Counted from the first letter of the stretch, positions 1-9,774 are shown. The stretch: 64,000 nucleotides of DNA from an uncultured Solibacteraceae bacterium (GCA_964644025.1 CAZXVW010000001.1:1060-65059); one strand, 5' to 3'. Notes: generated by a model not told the origin, from the letters alone. Translations and numbers: made by a program.

Positions 1-1573
1 TCAGCTTCCGGTGGTCGGCCTCGCGCGTGTACATCATGTGGCCGGCTTCGTAGTAGTCGAGCGTCACATGGTCGCGAAGCGAGGGAGCCAGCCCGAGGTG
101 GTGGATCGTGTACTCGGTGGCGAAAAAGGGCGTGGCGAGGTCATAGTAGCCATTGGCCACCATGACGCGCAGGCTGGGGTTTCGCGTCATCGCCTGCCGC
201 AGCGTCTCGGCCACGTTGACGTACTTGTTGGCGTAGTGATCGTAGCTCCAAGGGCGCACGCGGCCGGTGAGAATCTCGTACGGAAGGTCGGTTTTGAACT
301 TCAGATCGGCCCGGACGTAGTGTTTGAACAGGGTGGAGAAAATACCCTGGACGGCCGCGTAGCTGGGGTCGTAGTCCGGCCTCTCGCCGGCCGAGTCGGC
401 GTCGATTCCTTTCATGCGGCTATCGTAACGGCCGGTCGTGCGGCCCTCTGAGCGTAACAGTTCCTTGGCGAAACGCTGCATCCGCACGCGCAGGTTCGAC
501 TGCTTGATGTAGTCCGGCGACAGCCCCGTGTAGCGCGCCAGTTGCGCGGCGATGCGGTTCTGCTCGCTCTCGCTCAGCCGGTCGCCTTTCATCAGCGCCG
601 TGGCGTAATCCCCTTCGGCGAACCGCCGGGCCTGCTCCAGCAGCGCTGTGAGTGGCCGTGATTGCAAATCGCGCGGCAGCTTCTTGTGATACCACGCGGT
701 GGCCGTGTAGCTGGGCAGGAAGAAAATGTAGGGCAGGTCGTTGCCCTTGTCAAAAGCCAGCGTCTGGAAGTTCAGCACCGAGGAAACCAGGATGATGCCG
801 TTCAGGTACATGCCGTAGCGCTGCTGCAGATAGCCCGACAGACCGGCGGCGCGCGTGGTGCCGTAGCTCTCGCCGGCCAGCAGCTTCGGAGACGCCCAGC
901 GGTCATAGCGCGTCGTGTAGAGACGGATGAAATCTCCGACGCTGCGGATGTCCTGCTCGACGCCGTGGAACAGCTTCGGGTCGACGCCCTTGGCGGCCCG
1001 GCTGTAACCGGTGGTGACCGGGTCGATGAAAACCAGGTCGGTGAGGTCAAGGATCGAATACTCGTTGTTGACCAGCTTGTACGGGGGCGCCGGAGCGGAG
1101 CCTTCCGGATCCAACTGGACCCGGCGCGGGCCGAAAGCCCCCATGTGCAGCCACACCGACGAAGAACCCGGACCGCCGTTAAAGGTGAACGTGATGGGCC
1201 GGCGGCCTGCATCCTCGACATCGTCCTTCGTGTAAGCGATGAAAAAGACGCTGGCCAGCGGCGTGCCGTCCTCCTTCTTCAGCGCCAGCGTGCCGGCGGT
1301 AGCCGTGTATGGGATCTGGCGGCCGTTGATGGTAACGCTGTGCCTGGTCTGGGAGATCTTCTCCTTGACGGCCTCCGGTTTCTTGCGGCCCGCCGCTTCG
1401 GCCTTTTCCTTCTCTTGCTTCTTTTTCTGCTCCCGCCGATCATTGGTGGCGGCGCGGCGCTCCTTCTTGGCGATCTTTTCGGTTTGTTGGGCGGCCGACG
1501 CGGGCGGCGCTGTCAGTGCCAACGCCATCATCACCAGCAGCGCGCCGCGAAGAAATTTGGCAAACACGTTCAT
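1..1573 (-). CDS. Serine carboxypeptidase, peptidase S10 family (3' end runs off the left window edge)
   Basis: Absent from the ORF track because it is open at the edge. My translation of the minus strand from ATG 1573..1571 has no stop down to position 1. It gives MNVFAKFLRGALLVMMALALTAPPASA (signal peptide), then FTFNGGPGSSS, LAGESYGTTR (GESYG nucleophile elbow) and YYEAGHMMY (catalytic His region). Confidence 0.8.
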   Translation of the reverse strand, partial: MNVFAKFLRGALLVMMALALTAPPASAAQQTEKIAKKERRAATNDRREQKKKQEKEKAEAAGRKKPEAVKEKISQTRHSVTINGRQIPYTATAGTLALKKEDGTPLASVFFIAYTKDDVEDAGRRPITFTFNGGPGSSSVWLHMGAFGPRRVQLDPEGSAPAPPYKLVNNEYSILDLTDLVFIDPVTTGYSRAAKGVDPKLFHGVEQDIRSVGDFIRLYTTRYDRWASPKLLAGESYGTTRAAGLSGYLQQRYGMYLNGIILVSSVLNFQTLAFDKGNDLPYIFFLPSYTATAWYHKKLPRDLQSRPLTALLEQARRFAEGDYATALMKGDRLSESEQNRIAAQLARYTGLSPDYIKQSNLRVRMQRFAKELLRSEGRTTGRYDSRMKGIDADSAGERPDYDPSYAAVQGIFSTLFKHYVRADLKFKTDLPYEILTGRVRPWSYDHYANKYVNVAETLRQAMTRNPSLRVMVANGYYDLATPFFATEYTIHHLGLAPSLRDHVTLDYYEAGHMMYTREADHRKL

Positions 1574-1716
1574 TCGACTCCTTATATCCTGATTCCTTTG
1601 CTTGTCCCGGAAAACGGGACCCAAGAAAACAGGTTATCAGGTTCCCGGGCCGTCGCTTCCGCCAGCGCCGGCAGTGGCGCCGGTGAGACCTCGGTGGGGG
1701 TAAAATTGAACTAGCC

Positions 1717-3210
1717 ATGAGCAAGACCCATCGACGCGAGTTCCTGAAAACCGGCGCGGGCGCCCTGGCGGGACTGGGCGCGCTTCGTGCCCGCGCAGCT
1801 TCCCCCTCTTTGCCGAATGTATTAATCCTGTTTACCGACCAGCAAAGCGCCTGGACGCTCGGCGTCTACGGCGGCAAGGTCGTCGGCACGCCGAACCTGG
1901 ATTCCATCGGACGCGAGGGCGCTGTTTTCAATAACTACTTCACTAACAGCGCCGTTTGTACGCCCTCGCGCGGCTGCTTCATCACCGGCCGCTATCCGCA
2001 CTCCCATGGCGCCTACCGGAACAACATCGAGATGAACCGCGATGAGATTACCTTGGCCCACATGTTCCAGCGCGCCGGCTACGACACCGGGATGGCCGGC
2101 AAGTGGCACCTGGACGGCGAACCGAAGCCCGGCTGGATGAGCAAGGCGCGCTCGATGGGCTTCGAGAATTGCCACTGGATGTACAACCGGGGCCACTGGA
2201 AGCGAATCGTCGAGAAACCACCCGGCTGGCCCCACAATCCCGGGGTGGCCAGGGCCGGCAACACGGAATTCGACGAGCCGGAAGGCTATCCCGACATTGA
2301 CTACGACGTTCACGCCAAGGGCCGCTATTTCACCGAGTGGCTCACCGACAAGGCGATCGAGTTCATCAAGCGGCCGCGCAACAGGCCGTTCTTTTACTAC
2401 TTGAGTATTCCCGACCCGCACACCCCCTACACCGTGGGCGCGCCGTACGACACCATGTACAAGCCGGAAGAACTGCCCATCCCGTCCACCCTTTACCAGG
2501 AGCAGCTCCCGGATTGGGCCGAGGCCGCGCGCGCCAGCCTGGTGAAGCGGGAGAAGGCTTCTTCCTGGAAGGACCCCAAGCGCGAGCAGATTCTCCGGCA
2601 GCGCAAAGCCCAGTACTGCGGCGAAGTCAAGTGCATCGACGACAATGTGGGGCGAATCTTGCGCACGCTCGGCGAGATGAAGATCCTCGACAACACCTTG
2701 ATTGTTTTCTCCTCCGATCACGGCGATTACATGGGCGAGCACGGGCTATACTACAAGAACCAGCTCTACGAGACGGCGCACCGCGTACCTTTCCTGATGC
2801 GCTGGCCGGCGAAGATTCGCCCGGGCACCGTCGTCAACGAGTGTATCGGCGCCGTCGATGTCCAGCCCACGATCCTGGGGTTGCTCGGCCTGGCCAAGAG
2901 CGGCCGTGAGCAGGGCCACGACGCCTCTTCGCTGGTAGCGGGCGGCAACGGGAACTGGAAAAACGAAGTCTGGATTCACCACAGTTCACTCGAACGGGCC
3001 GGTATCTTTACGCCGGAGTGGGAGTTTGCGCTTGTCAAGGACCACGACACGATCCTGTTCGACCGGCAGAGGGACCCCGAACAGGTCCGCAACCTCGCCC
3101 GGGACCCTAAATACCGCAAAACGGTGGCCGAGTTGACCGAGCGTGTCATCGCGCATAACCGGGAAGTGGACGCCCCTGCCTTGAAGTGGCTCGACCGCCT
3201 GGTAAGCTGA
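1717..3210 (+). CDS. Formylglycine-dependent sulfatase (arylsulfatase family), Tat signal
   Basis: ATG at 1717. RREFLKTGAGALAGLGAL twin-arginine leader. LILFTDQQ and CTPSRGCFITGRYPHSHG (C-x-P-x-R sulfatase signature). SSDHGDYMGEHG. Confidence 0.88.
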   Translation: MSKTHRREFLKTGAGALAGLGALRARAASPSLPNVLILFTDQQSAWTLGVYGGKVVGTPNLDSIGREGAVFNNYFTNSAVCTPSRGCFITGRYPHSHGAYRNNIEMNRDEITLAHMFQRAGYDTGMAGKWHLDGEPKPGWMSKARSMGFENCHWMYNRGHWKRIVEKPPGWPHNPGVARAGNTEFDEPEGYPDIDYDVHAKGRYFTEWLTDKAIEFIKRPRNRPFFYYLSIPDPHTPYTVGAPYDTMYKPEELPIPSTLYQEQLPDWAEAARASLVKREKASSWKDPKREQILRQRKAQYCGEVKCIDDNVGRILRTLGEMKILDNTLIVFSSDHGDYMGEHGLYYKNQLYETAHRVPFLMRWPAKIRPGTVVNECIGAVDVQPTILGLLGLAKSGREQGHDASSLVAGGNGNWKNEVWIHHSSLERAGIFTPEWEFALVKDHDTILFDRQRDPEQVRNLARDPKYRKTVAELTERVIAHNREVDAPALKWLDRLVS

Positions 3211-3232
3211 TACCGCCAAGGCGGAACAGGCG

Positions 3233-6055
3233 GTGCAGTATAATGCCGCCATGTTCCGCAACGCCGTTTTCATTACGCTGCTTACTGCAACTTGCGCCTT
3301 GGCAGCCGCCGACCCTGTTGCCTTCCGCATCGTTTTCGGAAACCAGCGCGATCGCCCGGCTGACTATTCCGGCTCCGTCAGTCTCACTACCGGCAAGATC
3401 GTCAGCCTCCGGCCCTGGCGGTTTTTCCAGGGCGACGCTATCCAGCCGCCGAACGCCTGGAAGCTGACCATCAAGAGAACCAGGTTCGAAAACCAGCCGG
3501 ACAATCCGCGCCGGATGATGACCGGGCCCAATATCGAGAACGTGGTTCCGGCCGGCGTCGTCCTCACCGTCGAGGCGCCCGCCACCGCCACCGCACGTGT
3601 CCGGACTGCTCAGGGCGACTTCAGCTTCCCGTTGGCCGATCTCAGCTATAACCGCGCCCTCCGCTTCCTTCGCGATGACGTCATCGTTGAGCGCACCCCG
3701 GCCGTCCAGCAAGTTTCGCCGCCGTCGAAAACGGAGCCCGTCGAGCAATTCGACTATCCCTCCGAGGCCATTGCCGCCGACGGGACCATCTGGGTTGCCT
3801 GGCAGGGCTATTATGACCGCGGCGACCACGTCTACGTGCGCCACTCGACGCCCTCAGGCTGGTCGAAAACCGAGCGCCTGACGGAGAAAAAGGGTGACAT
3901 TTACCGCACCGCCACCGGCATCGACGCCCGTGGCCGTGTCTCGGTTGTCTGGTCCGAGCGCTACGGGCAGGAGTGGGACCTCTACGCCCGTCGCTATGAA
4001 AATGGCGCCTGGAGCGCGCGGCAGAAGATCACCGCCGCGCACCATCCCAACATCTTCCACCGCATGGTGGCTGACGGCGCGGGGAACTTACACTTGGTGT
4101 GGGTCGGATACGACAACGGGCAATCCCGCGTTTACTGGAGCAAGCTCAGCGCTGGCGCCTGGTCTGCACCCACAGCGATCAGCGGGCCGAGCGCCTGGAA
4201 CCCGGAGGCGGCGGCTGATTCGGCCGGCAATCTCTACGTCGCCTGGGACAGCTACCGCAACGGCAACTACGACATCTACCTCCGCAAGATCGGCGCCGGC
4301 GGAAGCTTCGGCGCGGAGCAGCAGCTCACCAAATCGCTCTTGTACCAGACGCACCCGAGCGTCGCCGTCGACCATCAAGACCGCGTCTGGCTAGCCTGGC
4401 ATGAATCCGGCTCCAACTGGGGCAAGGATTGGACTCATGAGGACCCTCGGCGCGGCACGGTGCTCTACCGGGACCGCTGGCCGCGGGTGGCCGTCTTCGA
4501 TAGCGGCGTGTGGAAGGAACCGGCCACTGACCTGATGTCGGCCGTCCCGCTGCGCTACCGGCGTTACGTGCAGTACCCGCGCATCGCCGCGGACGCCAGT
4601 GGCCGGATCTGGGTGGGCCTCCAGCTCCGCGTCGAGACGGCGACCAACCGCGCCGACTACTGGGCCGCGGGCGGCCGCTGGGAATTCTTCCTCACCACCC
4701 TGGAGGGCGACCACTGGAGCCGGCTTATGCCACTGCCCGAGTCCGGCCTTCGTCCTGAGGGAACGCTCTTGGTCGACCCTGCACACCGGGGAGTCCGCCT
4801 GCTGTGGGTCAATGCCAACCGGCCGGTCTTCGGACGGCCGTCCCGCGGTCGGCCCGTCAGCCGCCACGAGATCTGGAGCGCCGCCTTTGCGGTCCCGTCA
4901 CCGGCTCCGGCACCCAGGTTCGAACCGTTCGCCGAGCCGGCCGTGAACACCCCTCCCGTTCACCCGAACGAGGACAGCGATGTGGCCCGGGTCCGCGCGT
5001 ACCGCCTCGCCATCAACGGCCGGCAGTTGCAAATCCTTCGCGGCGATTTCCACCGGCATACCGAGATCTCCTCCGATGGCGCCGGGGACGGCTCGCTGGA
5101 AACTATGTTCCGTTACATGATCGACGCGGCCGGTATGGACACCGGCATCGTCGGCGATCACAACGCCGGCAACGACGATGAGTACTGCTGGTGGCGCACC
5201 GAGAAGGCCAACGACCTGTTCCTGATCCCAGGCCGTTACACGCCCATGTTCGGCTACGAGCGCAGCGTCCCCTATCCGAACGGGCACCGGAACATCGTTT
5301 TCGCGCACCGCGGCGTGAGGACCCTGCCCCTTTCCCGCGCCGAGCGTACCGGAAAAATCAACAGCGGCTCGGTCCTGTACCCGTACCTGCGGAAGAACAA
5401 CGGCATCGCCATGGAGCATTCCACCGCCACCAGCCAGGGAACCGACTGGCGGGACAACGACCCGCGCCTGGAACCGCTCGTGGAGCTTTACCAGGGCTAT
5501 CACGCCAGCTATGAGTACCCCGGCGCTCCGCGCGCCGAGTCCCCGAACTTGCGCGTCCGGGTGCACGGCGATTACAAGCCGGCCGGCTTCTGGTGGCGCG
5601 CGCTGGCGAAGGGCTTAAAGCTGGGGGTGCAATCGAGCTCCGATCACATCTCCACCCACAGCTCCTACACGATGATCTACACGCCGAGCCGGCGCCGGAC
5701 CGACATCCTGGAAAGCATGCGCGCCCGCCACGCCTACGGCGCCACCGATAATATCCTGATTGATTACCGGGCTGAAACCGCAGACGGAAAAACCTACCTG
5801 ATGGGCGATGCCTTCCGGGCCACCGCCGCCCCGAACCTGAAGTTCAAGATCATCGGCACCGACGTCATCACCAAGGTTGACGTGATCAAGGATCAGAAGT
5901 TCGTTTACCACGCCGAGCCGAACGCCAAAACGGTCGAGTTCAGCTTTCACGACGCCTCGCCCGGCAGCGCCGCCAGCTACTATTACCTCCGCGTCCAGCA
6001 GATCGACCGGAACCTGGCCTGGTCCAGTCCGATTTGGGTGGATTACCGGCCGTAG
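3233..6055 (+). CDS. Secreted protein with N-terminal repeat (beta-propeller-like) region and C-terminal PHP/CehA-McbA-like metallohydrolase region
   Basis: Signal peptide MFRNAVFITLLTATCALAAA (alternative ATG start at 3251; 3233 is GTG). Repeated W-rich units (VAWQGYYDRGDHVYVRHS, VVWSERYGQEWDLYARRY, LVWVGYDNGQSRVYWSKL, YVAWDSYRNGNYDIYLRKI, VWLAWHESGSNWG). C-terminal GDFHRHTEISSDG His-x-His motif. Confidence 0.6.
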   Translation: MQYNAAMFRNAVFITLLTATCALAAADPVAFRIVFGNQRDRPADYSGSVSLTTGKIVSLRPWRFFQGDAIQPPNAWKLTIKRTRFENQPDNPRRMMTGPNIENVVPAGVVLTVEAPATATARVRTAQGDFSFPLADLSYNRALRFLRDDVIVERTPAVQQVSPPSKTEPVEQFDYPSEAIAADGTIWVAWQGYYDRGDHVYVRHSTPSGWSKTERLTEKKGDIYRTATGIDARGRVSVVWSERYGQEWDLYARRYENGAWSARQKITAAHHPNIFHRMVADGAGNLHLVWVGYDNGQSRVYWSKLSAGAWSAPTAISGPSAWNPEAAADSAGNLYVAWDSYRNGNYDIYLRKIGAGGSFGAEQQLTKSLLYQTHPSVAVDHQDRVWLAWHESGSNWGKDWTHEDPRRGTVLYRDRWPRVAVFDSGVWKEPATDLMSAVPLRYRRYVQYPRIAADASGRIWVGLQLRVETATNRADYWAAGGRWEFFLTTLEGDHWSRLMPLPESGLRPEGTLLVDPAHRGVRLLWVNANRPVFGRPSRGRPVSRHEIWSAAFAVPSPAPAPRFEPFAEPAVNTPPVHPNEDSDVARVRAYRLAINGRQLQILRGDFHRHTEISSDGAGDGSLETMFRYMIDAAGMDTGIVGDHNAGNDDEYCWWRTEKANDLFLIPGRYTPMFGYERSVPYPNGHRNIVFAHRGVRTLPLSRAERTGKINSGSVLYPYLRKNNGIAMEHSTATSQGTDWRDNDPRLEPLVELYQGYHASYEYPGAPRAESPNLRVRVHGDYKPAGFWWRALAKGLKLGVQSSSDHISTHSSYTMIYTPSRRRTDILESMRARHAYGATDNILIDYRAETADGKTYLMGDAFRATAAPNLKFKIIGTDVITKVDVIKDQKFVYHAEPNAKTVEFSFHDASPGSAASYYYLRVQQIDRNLAWSSPIWVDYRP

Positions 6056-6140
6056 CAGCCGCTCTGCTCTGGCCTGCAACTCCGCCTGAGTACACGCCGC
6101 CGGCGTCACGCTCCGGAAACTGGGGATTTGCCTGCCGCGC

Positions 6141-6503
6141 TTACTTGACCCGCGTGGCGGTAAATGTCAGATCATAGGTATCCCAGGTAGCGGTGCCCTT
6201 GATCTGATCCCCTTCCAAGGTGCCGGAAAGTTTGAAGGCCGCCTTGTAGCCCGCTTCTTCGTCGAAGCGTTCCCCGGCAATTTCCAGCTTGCCGTTCCGG
6301 AAGGTCCCCTTCATGATGTCCTCACCGCTCTTCACCGTGACCTGATCGCCGTTGACGGTAAGGGTCATCGTGCGGGGATGTTCGCTGCCTTGGTAGATGA
6401 ATGCGAAGTTCCACGTGCCGTTAATGTCGGCGGCGATGGCGCTCCCCACCAGCAGGAACAGCGCCAGACCGCAAAGCGCGAATTGTGTGATGGCGTTTCT
6501 CAT
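6141..6503 (-). CDS. Small secreted hypothetical protein (beta-rich, lipocalin-like guess)
   Basis: Signal peptide MRNAITQFALCGLALFLLVGSAIA followed by alternating beta-strand-like sequence. Only sizeable ORF in this gap. No family recognised. Confidence 0.55.
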   Translation of the reverse strand: MRNAITQFALCGLALFLLVGSAIAADINGTWNFAFIYQGSEHPRTMTLTVNGDQVTVKSGEDIMKGTFRNGKLEIAGERFDEEAGYKAAFKLSGTLEGDQIKGTATWDTYDLTFTATRVK

Positions 6504-6571
6504 CGGTATTTGCTCTCCTCAGCAGTATATTGTATAAGCGATCAAGCCCGGCTGAAGGGGGGATGCGCCGG

Positions 6572-7357
6572 TCACCGTGCCTCGGCCCCGTCCCTGACCT
6601 TCGCCCGGGGCAGGTAGCGGCGCACGCCGGCGTCGAACAGCAGCGCCCCGGCCACGCCCCCGATCAGCGGGCCGGCAATTGGCACCCAGAATACCCAGGT
6701 GCCGTCAGTCAGTCCATTGTTCTTGAATCCGGCCAGCACGGTGAACAGGCGGGGCCCGAAATCACGGGCCGGGTTGATCGCGTAACCGTGCATGCCGCCG
6801 TAGCTGATCCCGATGGCCACCACCACCAGGCCAATCAGCGCCGGGTGCAGAAAATCCGGGGCGTGCTCCACGATCGCCAGGATCAGAAACACCAGCAGGG
6901 CCGTGCCGAGAATCTGATCGATGAATCCGGCCATCGGCGCTTCCGGAAAAGCGGGGAAGGTGGCGAAGACGCCCGCCGTCCTCTCCAGGTTCGGATCGGC
7001 CTTCATGAACGCCGGATGGTAATTCAGAAAAACCAGCGCGGCCGCCACGAACGCCCCGGCAAGCTGCGCCAGCGAATAGGGAACAACTTTCCGCCAGGGA
7101 AACTTCCGGAACACGGCGAACGCCACGGTGACGGCCGGGTTGATGTGCGCCCCGCTGCGCTGGGCGGTGTACACCCCCAGCATCACGCCCAGCCCCCAGC
7201 CGAGCGTAATGTTCGTAAACCCTCCGTGGACCACCTCGCCCGGCGCGCCCGTGCCGAACAGCCGGACCATCGCCACCACGCCGTCGCCGAACAGGATCAG
7301 CACCATCGTGCCCAGGAATTCCGAGAGAAGTTCGCCCCACAAGCTGTCTTTTTTCAT
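6572..7357 (-). CDS. glpF: MIP-family channel, aquaglyceroporin-like
   Basis: Two NPA boxes (HINPAVTVAF and AINPARDFGPRL). Six hydrophobic segments. The NPARDFGPR form is typical of GlpF-type channels. Confidence 0.85.
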   Translation of the reverse strand: MKKDSLWGELLSEFLGTMVLILFGDGVVAMVRLFGTGAPGEVVHGGFTNITLGWGLGVMLGVYTAQRSGAHINPAVTVAFAVFRKFPWRKVVPYSLAQLAGAFVAAALVFLNYHPAFMKADPNLERTAGVFATFPAFPEAPMAGFIDQILGTALLVFLILAIVEHAPDFLHPALIGLVVVAIGISYGGMHGYAINPARDFGPRLFTVLAGFKNNGLTDGTWVFWVPIAGPLIGGVAGALLFDAGVRRYLPRAKVRDGAEAR

Positions 7358-7371
7358 CTGCCACCAGCGGT

Positions 7372-9042
7372 TCAGCGCTCGGGGCGATATTCTATCACCA
7401 GCACGGTGATGTCGTCACTCTGCTCGGCCGCGCCGACGAAATCCCGCACCGCTCCCACGAGCCGTTCGTGCAGTTCCGCGCAACCGGCCGCCGGATGGGC
7501 TTGGATCACCTCCAGCACCCGTTTGTCCTCGAAGAATGCATCCTGCTCATTGCGGGCCTCCGAGACCCCGTCGGTGTAGATCACAATCCGGTCGCCTGGG
7601 GCCAGCAGGCTGCTGGCGACCTCGTAGGTGGCTTCCTCCAGTAGTCCTACGGGCATTCCGGTGGGCGGAAGCTGTTCCATGGTCCCGCCGGCGCGGACGA
7701 GGATCGGCGCGCAGTGGGCGGCATTCACCCAGCGAAGCGTGCCGTCGGAGCGGAGAACCGAGTAGAACAGCGTGGCATACTTCTCCCCCTCGGTGCGCTC
7801 GAGCAGGAACCGGTTCATGCCTTCGAGCATCCCGTGAATCTGCTCCGGCGTTTCGGGGGCGTGTAGCAGAGCCCCCTGCAGCAACGCGGCCAGCAGCGCG
7901 GAGCTGACCCCTTTCCCCGAGACGTCGGCGACCATGGCGCACCAGCAATCGGGCCGGATGCGGATGACGTCGAAGTAATCGCCGCCCACCTGGCGCGAAG
8001 CCAGGCTCGAACCCGCGGCCCGGAACCATCCGGTCGAAGGAAGCTGTTTGGGCAGCAAGTCCTGCTGGATGCCGCGGGCGAATCTCAGCTCTTCCTCCAG
8101 CTTCTGCTTCGCCCGTTCCTCTTCGAGCAGCCGGGCGTTTTCCAGGATGGTGGAGGCCTCCAGCGCCAGCGTCTGCAGCAGCTCCCGGTTCCCGCTGGAC
8201 AGGTCCGCTGCCTCCACCCGCGAGTCCAGGTACAGCAGCCCCAAGGTTTCGTTCAACGGCGCGTGCACGGTCTCCTGGATATTGCCCGTGCGCACCCGCA
8301 CCAGGGGCACGCAGACCACGCTGCGCAGCTCCAGCTTCGCCACCGACATGTCCGGACGAATCCCGCTCTCGGCTTGCGGGTCGAAGTTCATCGATAGCAG
8401 CTCCCGCCGCTCGTGCAGGGCCCGGTTGATCAGCCGCGTCGGAACTTTCAACTCTTCCTTGGGGATCGGACGCCCGTTGCGGTCGCGCGCGGCCTGGATC
8501 TCCAGCCCCTCTGCCTCGCGCAGCAGCAGGAAACCCCTCTCGGAACCCGTGACGGCCAGTGCCGCGTCCACCACCGCGTCCAGTACCTCCCCGGTCGACA
8601 GGGAAGTCTGCAGTGCGCGGGCCACCTCCACCACCGCCCGCAGCTTGGTCAGGTTCTCCGCCCCGGCCCCGGGCGCGGGAAACTGCCCCAGCAGGCGCGT
8701 CAGCTCGCCCTCAGTGATGTTGAAGGTGATCTGGTAGGAATCCTCGAAGCCGAAGCTGATCCGGTCGCCGTTGTGAAGCGCTTCCCGCTGGATGCGCTGC
8801 CCGTTGAGGAACGTACCGTGCTTGCTGCCCAGATCCTCGAGGAAGTATTCGCCGCCTTCTTCGACAATGCGCGCGTGACGGCGCGAGGCGCGGCTGTCGC
8901 GGATAATGACATGATTATCCGACTGCCGGCCGATCGAGAAGGGGACCGGATCAAGGGGTGTCGTGCGGCTATGCCCTGATGGATCCGTGACCGTCAGCGT
9001 GGCGTGCCGGCCCGGCGCGGCCGGCTTCCCCGGCGTACTCAT
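7372..9042 (-). CDS. FHA-GAF-PP2C (SpoIIE/RsbU-type) serine phosphatase
   Basis: FHA: FSIGRQSDNHVIIRDSRASRRHARIVEEGGEYFLEDLGSKHGTFLNGQRI. Central GAF-like region. PP2C/SpoIIE: ARGIQQDLLP, GGDYFDV, VADVSGKGVSSAL, YTDGVSEA, QSDDITVLV. I chose the start at ATG 9042..9040, which overlaps the upstream stop as ATGA. The track ORF extends to 9147. Confidence 0.85.
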   Translation of the reverse strand: MSTPGKPAAPGRHATLTVTDPSGHSRTTPLDPVPFSIGRQSDNHVIIRDSRASRRHARIVEEGGEYFLEDLGSKHGTFLNGQRIQREALHNGDRISFGFEDSYQITFNITEGELTRLLGQFPAPGAGAENLTKLRAVVEVARALQTSLSTGEVLDAVVDAALAVTGSERGFLLLREAEGLEIQAARDRNGRPIPKEELKVPTRLINRALHERRELLSMNFDPQAESGIRPDMSVAKLELRSVVCVPLVRVRTGNIQETVHAPLNETLGLLYLDSRVEAADLSSGNRELLQTLALEASTILENARLLEEERAKQKLEEELRFARGIQQDLLPKQLPSTGWFRAAGSSLASRQVGGDYFDVIRIRPDCWCAMVADVSGKGVSSALLAALLQGALLHAPETPEQIHGMLEGMNRFLLERTEGEKYATLFYSVLRSDGTLRWVNAAHCAPILVRAGGTMEQLPPTGMPVGLLEEATYEVASSLLAPGDRIVIYTDGVSEARNEQDAFFEDKRVLEVIQAHPAAGCAELHERLVGAVRDFVGAAEQSDDITVLVIEYRPER

Positions 9043-9554
9043 TTCGCTTTCTTGCCGGCCGGGCGGTTCCCCCGTCCCGCACGCCGCGGCGGCCGCTTGC
9101 TCGCTATCTCCAGTTCCCGCTTCCGGACGAGCTGGCAGTGCGGGCAATAGCCCCCAATCTCGACGCGCGTCACCAGGACCTCATAGCCGAGACTCGATTC
9201 CACCTGCCGCCGCAACTTCTGCAACGGCTCGCCGTAGAACTCCTCCACCTTGCCGCACCCCAGGCAGATCACGTGGGCGTGCGCTTGCTTCATCCGGGTC
9301 TCGTAATAGTGCTGGTCGCCGCCGTAGTGCATCAGGTCCAGCTCATCCACCAGCCCGCTGTCCTTCAAGAGCTTGAGCGTGCGGTACACCGTCACCCGGT
9401 TCAGTTTCGGATCGCGCTGCTGGGCCAGCCGGTAAAGATGCTCGGCGTCCAGATGTTGCCCGGAACTATCCAGAAGATCCAGCAGGATCTTCCGCTGCCG
9501 TGTCAAGCGAACGCCCCGCTTTTTCAGCGACTCCTTGATGCTGTCCAGCGCCAT
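9039..9554 (-). CDS. Fur-family metalloregulator with basic C-terminal tail
   Basis: ATG at 9554 preceded by GGGAGGG. RLTRQRKILLDLL, VYRTLKLLKDSGLV (wHTH), HAHVICLGCGKV and CPHC (structural Zn CxxC pairs). Tail KRPPRRAGRGNRPAGKKAK. Metal specificity (Fur/Zur/PerR) cannot be called. Confidence 0.8.
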   Translation of the reverse strand: MALDSIKESLKKRGVRLTRQRKILLDLLDSSGQHLDAEHLYRLAQQRDPKLNRVTVYRTLKLLKDSGLVDELDLMHYGGDQHYYETRMKQAHAHVICLGCGKVEEFYGEPLQKLRRQVESSLGYEVLVTRVEIGGYCPHCQLVRKRELEIASKRPPRRAGRGNRPAGKKAK

Positions 9555-9774
9555 CGAGATCCCTCCCTCGGGCCGCACGGTCCGGCTGACCGGGCCCACC
9601 CCATTCCTGACCACCGGACCCGGAGGCTCCACTTAAGACTCTACCACGGCAGCCAATATCGCCTGCCACTGCCGCCCTGCACTTTGATCAGGGCTCAGCG
9701 CTACAACGGCTTTTTGAAAATGCAGTTGCGAATCCAGGTTCTGGTATTTTACCTTGGGTCACGGAGCATGCCTG

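Noticed and set aside
9716-9734. gaaaatgcagttgcgaatc in the fur-doxX intergenic region as a Fur box
   Set aside because: Only about half the positions match the 19-bp GATAATGATAATCATTATC consensus, and the dyad symmetry is poor. I cannot support it without knowing the regulator's specificity.
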